Part shown: in pieces, positions 23,657 through 26,570 of the stretch
Layout of the letters: each line of letters opens with the position of its first letter
How positions within the stretch are numbered: position 1 is the first letter of the stretch
Origin: Candidatus Dormibacteria bacterium
Lineage (GTDB): Bacteria; Chloroflexota; Dormibacteria; DASZGP01
DNA: 26,570 bases
Reading direction: 5' to 3'
NCBI GenBank assembly: GCA_050998755.1
Contig: JBPCPW010000102.1
Coordinates: 1-26,570 of the forward strand
Program-made: the position numbers and the translations under genes
Notes under the pieces: generated by a model
Database searches by the model: none
What the model was told of the DNA's origin: nothing
The model's input: only the letters and a program-made list of their open reading frames with translations

Positions 23657-23996
23657 GCGACAGCCGGGAGCGCCGCGCGCTCGCTTACATTCGGGCCAGC
23701 ATCGCTGCGATTGAGACCCGGACCCCGAACGGCGCGGCGGCGGCCCTCCGCGACGAGGTCATGCGCGACGCGATCATGTGGCGACTCCAGACCCTCGCCG
23801 AAGCGCCACCAGCAAGCTGTCGGAGGAGTTGCGAGGCCGCCACCCAGAGGTTCGCTGGGCCAGTGTCGCGGGATTTCGCAACGTCGCTGCCCACGGCTAC
23901 ATGCAGCTGGAGTGGGACGAGGTCGCCCAGATTATCGACACCGATCTCCCCGTCCTGCGCCAGGTCGCGGTGGACGAACTGGCCATACCGCCGTGA
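23653..23996 (+). pseudogene. hepT: HEPN-domain toxin (HepT/DUF86) with a frameshift and no canonical start
   Basis: Frame A reads RRALAYIRASIAAIE...MRDAIMWRLQTLAEA. Frame B continues as TSKLSEELRGRHPEVRWASVAGFRNVAAHGYMQLEWDEV, carrying the RNxxxHxY motif. The switch falls between 23805 and 23811. Only a CTG (23653), overlapping the antitoxin stop, is available as a start. Confidence 0.65.
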
Positions 23997-24083
23997 GCCC
24001 TTATCGGTTCGGGAGATCACCCCGAGTACCCGTCCGCGATAGGATGAATCCGTTGTGATTTTACGGCCAACGGCCGGGGGCCG

Positions 24084-24989
24084 CTAGGAAGTGGGTCGCG
24101 CCAAGTGCACCTGGAAGAACTCCGAGATTCGCACTTCAGCATCCGCTCCCGCCGCGGCATTCACCTCATCAGAGCCGCCGAGATCAAACGCCAGTCCGGC
24201 GCGTTCGCCCGGGTCGATTGTCGGCGCCGCCGCCGACACCAAAAGGGAGTGGCCTGCGGACTCGTAGGTCACGGTGCTGATGTCGGCAGCGCGACCGTGG
24301 GCAGCCATCCGGTCTGCCACCATTCCTGCCATCCGGGCTGACGGCCACATCTGGTCATCGCCGCCGGAGAGCAGCATGATAGGACCGGTCGCTAATTCGA
24401 CGGAGATGACAGCGCGCCTAACCGCCTCGAGGTCATCGAGACCGGCTTCGAACGTGGGACGGAGCGCCATCCCGCGCTCCGACATGGTGGGCTTCGCCGT
24501 GCTCATGGCGACGTAGGGCAGCGGGACTCCCCGGTGGCTCCAGCTCGATTCGGCGAGCATGGGAGGAACCTGGGTCTGGTCAATCCCGTACCACACGACC
24601 GCGCTGGGCGCGACCGCGATGGTTGGCCCCACCAGATCTGGGTAGCTGGAGGCCACCACCAGGGCCAGCTCGGCTCCCTTCGACTGTCCAACCAGGCCGA
24701 CTCGATCGCCGATGACCCCTGGCTGAGCAAGGAGCCAGCGGCAGGCGCGTTCAACGTTTTCGATCGGAAGGTCGGACAGCGGGGTGTACTCCCTGGGCCA
24801 GTAATCGAGGGCGAACGCGGCGATCCCGACCCCCGCCAGCCTCTCGGCGATCGCGAGTTTCATCCGACCGTCCGACCCGCCCAGGACCACCACCCCGGGA
24901 TATGGGGTTACCGACGGAATGAAGGCGATGCCGGACAGGCCTTCTTCAGCGACCTCCCTGCTGTGTGCTACCAGGGCCATGTTGTTCAT
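24084..24989 (-). CDS. alpha/beta hydrolase, BAAT/acyl-CoA thioesterase C-terminal or dienelactone-hydrolase-like
   Basis: GLVGQSKGAELALVVAS (GxSxG followed by the BAAT-like KGAELAL) is present, along with VVVLGGSDG and DDQMWPS. ATG at 24989 (Met15 of the ORF) is preferred because GGAGG lies 10 nt upstream. Confidence 0.8.
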   Translation of the reverse strand: MNNMALVAHSREVAEEGLSGIAFIPSVTPYPGVVVLGGSDGRMKLAIAERLAGVGIAAFALDYWPREYTPLSDLPIENVERACRWLLAQPGVIGDRVGLVGQSKGAELALVVASSYPDLVGPTIAVAPSAVVWYGIDQTQVPPMLAESSWSHRGVPLPYVAMSTAKPTMSERGMALRPTFEAGLDDLEAVRRAVISVELATGPIMLLSGGDDQMWPSARMAGMVADRMAAHGRAADISTVTYESAGHSLLVSAAAPTIDPGERAGLAFDLGGSDEVNAAAGADAEVRISEFFQVHLARPTS

Positions 24990-25043
24990 AGGGTTGGAAC
25001 CTCCAAATTCGCGAACGCCGAGGGGTTTCATTACAGCGTAGCG

Positions 25044-25059
25044 TAACGCCGTTGCGTTA
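25044..25059. promoter_or_regulatory. perfect palindrome TAACGC-CGTT-GCGTTA (candidate TetR operator), overlapping a TATAGT -10-like hexamer at 25058-25063
   Basis: Direct reading of the 84-bp divergent intergenic region between the hydrolase and the TetR gene shows a 6+4+6 inverted repeat. Confidence 0.45.
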
Positions 25060-25073
25060 TAGTGTCAACCGGG

Positions 25074-25694
25074 ATGGGCAGGCCGCGCGAACACGACGAA
25101 AGCACCCGGCTCGCGCTGCTTGACGCCGCGGAAGCGCTGGTCGCCGAGGGAGGTCTTAGCGCCCTCTCGGTGCGCGCCGCGGCGGATCGGATCGGGAGTT
25201 CGGTCCGAGCGGTCTATAGCCTCTTCGGTTCAAAGGACGGCCTTGTCCGAGGCCTTGCCCAGCGCGGCTTCGAGCTGTTGATGGACGGCGTCGACTCAGT
25301 TCCAATCACTGATGATCCGGCGGCGGACCTGGCGCAGGCGGCACTCAACGGATTCCGCCCCTTCGCGCTCGAACACCCCGACCTATTCCGGCTCATCTTC
25401 ATCGGGCCCGGCCCGGGCTCCAGCCCAAACGCCGGTGCCGCCAAGGCTCAATCCTTCGCTCGGCTGACTGACCGACTGGAACGCGCTCGCGCCGCTGGGC
25501 TAATTCCGAATCGGCCGATTGGCGCCCTCGCCCTTGAGTTTCACGCCCTTTGCCAGGGGCTGGCCGGTCTGGAATTGCGCGGTGTGATGTCCGCTGCCCA
25601 AGGCGATCGCGCCTGGATCGATGCATTTAACGACCTGCTCGCCGGTTGGCGGGCCTCGGCCGACCCTGTCAAAAACCGGCCCGGACGCCAGTAG
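25074..25694 (+). CDS. TetR/AcrR-family transcriptional regulator
   Basis: The N-terminal HTH reads TRLALLDAAEALVAEGGLSALSVRAAADRIGSSVRAVYSLFGSKDGLV. ATG at 25074 is preferred because GTG at 25062 sits inside the -10-like hexamer, but either start is possible. Confidence 0.8.
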   Translation: MGRPREHDESTRLALLDAAEALVAEGGLSALSVRAAADRIGSSVRAVYSLFGSKDGLVRGLAQRGFELLMDGVDSVPITDDPAADLAQAALNGFRPFALEHPDLFRLIFIGPGPGSSPNAGAAKAQSFARLTDRLERARAAGLIPNRPIGALALEFHALCQGLAGLELRGVMSAAQGDRAWIDAFNDLLAGWRASADPVKNRPGRQ

Positions 25695-25731
25695 CCCGAC
25701 GTCCGGGCCGTCGCCTCTCACAACGTGCCGG

Positions 25732-26334
25732 CTACCTTACGGAGAGTCGACCCTTCGCGACCCGCAGGTCGAGGAGACGTTTGGCCGCCGTTCCTCCCTG
25801 CTGGATCAGTCGTGATGCCGCCCTTCCGTCCACCTTGAGGGTGTGGGCGACCTCCGCCGAGGGGACCTCCTCGGTGACCAGGTCGAGAATCCGTTCCGCC
25901 TGCTCCACGGTGTCCACCACCGCGGTCACGACGTGGTGGCCGAGGCCGGGAAACTCCTGGGCGATCTCCGCCGGGTACTCGTAGCCCGCGGCCTCCAGGC
26001 CGAGCCGCCCCCTGGCGGTGATGATCGGGCCGCCGTCCTTGACCGCGTCGGTGAGGCGTCGTCGCACCCGGTAGAGCCAGCTGGCGTATTCGCGCAACTG
26101 GTCCTGATGCTCTGCCCAGTACTCCGCAAGCTCTTCTATCGGCGCGGTGTCCGAAGGGAGGTCCGTGCGACTGGCCGGCGCCAGCCGCGGCGCTGCGTCC
26201 GCCAGGACCGGTGAGCTGTCGTGGGCGGAATCGTCGGGGTTCAGTACGTACAGCTGTTCGATGAAATCAATGATCACTGATCCGCGCGTCGCGCGCAAGG
26301 GAGCCGACCGGTTTAGGTCTTGACCAAAGGGCAC
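25732..26334 (-). CDS. hypothetical protein with a possible C-terminal helix-turn-helix
   Basis: The 200 aa ORF starts at GTG 26334, with an alternative GTG at 26277. I recognise no family. The C-terminal segment PSAEVAHTLKVDGRAASRLIQQGG looks like an HTH. The gene sits between the TetR gene and an IS3-family end. Confidence 0.45.
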   Translation of the reverse strand: MPFGQDLNRSAPLRATRGSVIIDFIEQLYVLNPDDSAHDSSPVLADAAPRLAPASRTDLPSDTAPIEELAEYWAEHQDQLREYASWLYRVRRRLTDAVKDGGPIITARGRLGLEAAGYEYPAEIAQEFPGLGHHVVTAVVDTVEQAERILDLVTEEVPSAEVAHTLKVDGRAASRLIQQGGTAAKRLLDLRVAKGRLSVR

Positions 26335-26444
26335 AAGAAGCCGCGCAGGGACGCGTTACAAGCAGTAGCCAACGCCGCAGCGGCGGGAACCACGGGCGGC
26401 GCCACCCACACCCAGGGGACAACTCGCAGGAAATGCTTCGCGTA

Positions 26445-26570
26445 TGGAGTTGCCCCGGTTTCGTGGACACCTGAGCGCTTGGGGGAGAATCCCCCGACAA
26501 GGAGGTCCACATGGGAGGCAAGACGCGGGTACCGTACTCGCCGCAGTTTCGGGAGGAGGCTGTCCGGCTC
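26445..26570 (+). mobile_element. left end of an IS3-family insertion sequence (continues beyond the window)
   Basis: The OrfA-like start at 26511 is preceded by AAGGAGG. The upstream TGGAGTTGCCCCGGTTTCGTGGACAC begins with the TG dinucleotide typical of IS3-family inverted repeats. The GTGGACAC block sits 18 nt from that TG, as I remember for the IS3 left end. The boundary is approximate. Confidence 0.4.
26511..26570 (+). CDS. IS3-family transposase OrfA, N-terminal 20 codons (partial)
   Basis: MGGKTRVPYSPQFREEAVRL matches the common IS3/IS911 OrfA opening (R.YS/TPEF+.EAV+L). It is truncated by the window edge. Confidence 0.6.
   Translation, partial: MGGKTRVPYSPQFREEAVRL

Noticed and set aside
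23711-24058. 115 aa ORF in the third frame of the HepT region
   Set aside because: It is Arg/Pro/Gly-rich with no HEPN motif. The two other frames together account for a DUF86 protein.

Overview
This is a high-G+C, actinobacterial-style chromosomal segment. That reading rests on GC-rich third codon positions, many GTG/TTG starts, long Arg/Ala/Gly/Pro-rich shadow ORFs antisense to real genes, and the presence of WS/DGAT, LigD-type ligase and IS110 genes. All calls come from reading the ORF track and the sequence by eye; no database search was run.

The left two thirds (1-19.4 kb) are mostly ordinary genes:
- an amidohydrolase-like gene cut by the window edge
- a vapBC-type toxin-antitoxin pair
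- an SDR oxidoreductase
- an RCK-pore-RCK potassium channel
- an AT-hook protein coupled to a DinB-family gene
- NUDIX hydrolase, alpha/beta hydrolase and a WS/DGAT wax-ester/triacylglycerol synthase with a long basic tail
- a secreted coiled-coil/SLT transglycosylase behind a structured leader that may be a ydaO-type c-di-AMP riboswitch
- a fused ABC exporter
- two divergent orphan response regulators
- DegV
- a polar amino-acid ABC importer operon
- an archaeal/eukaryotic-type peptidyl-tRNA hydrolase (Pth2)
- a DoxX-like membrane protein

The right third (19.5-26.6 kb) looks accessory or mobile:
- a Tat-lipoprotein cupredoxin
- a two-HKD phospholipase-D-family protein lying directly downstream of tRNA-Lys(CUU)
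- an IS110-family element with a roughly 200 nt structured 5' non-coding arm; short internal copies of both inferred junction sequences make it a candidate bridge RNA, and the transposase carries an in-frame 18-bp tandem duplication
- a small ORF apparently truncated by that insertion
- an MNT/HepT (nucleotidyltransferase/HEPN) pair with a frameshifted toxin
- a BAAT-like hydrolase with a divergent TetR regulator and palindromic operator
- an HTH-containing hypothetical protein
- the left end of an IS3-family element at the window edge

At least five genes are disrupted or truncated: the BNR protein, a DUF1211/TMEM175 remnant, a LigD remnant, HepT and the IS-adjacent small ORF. This indicates either gene decay or indel errors in the assembly.

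No CRISPR array, rRNA or clear multi-gene novel defence system was recognised. The most promising leads are the IS110 non-coding arm, the bacterial Pth2, the riboswitch-like leader and the PLD/tRNA/IS/TA islet.
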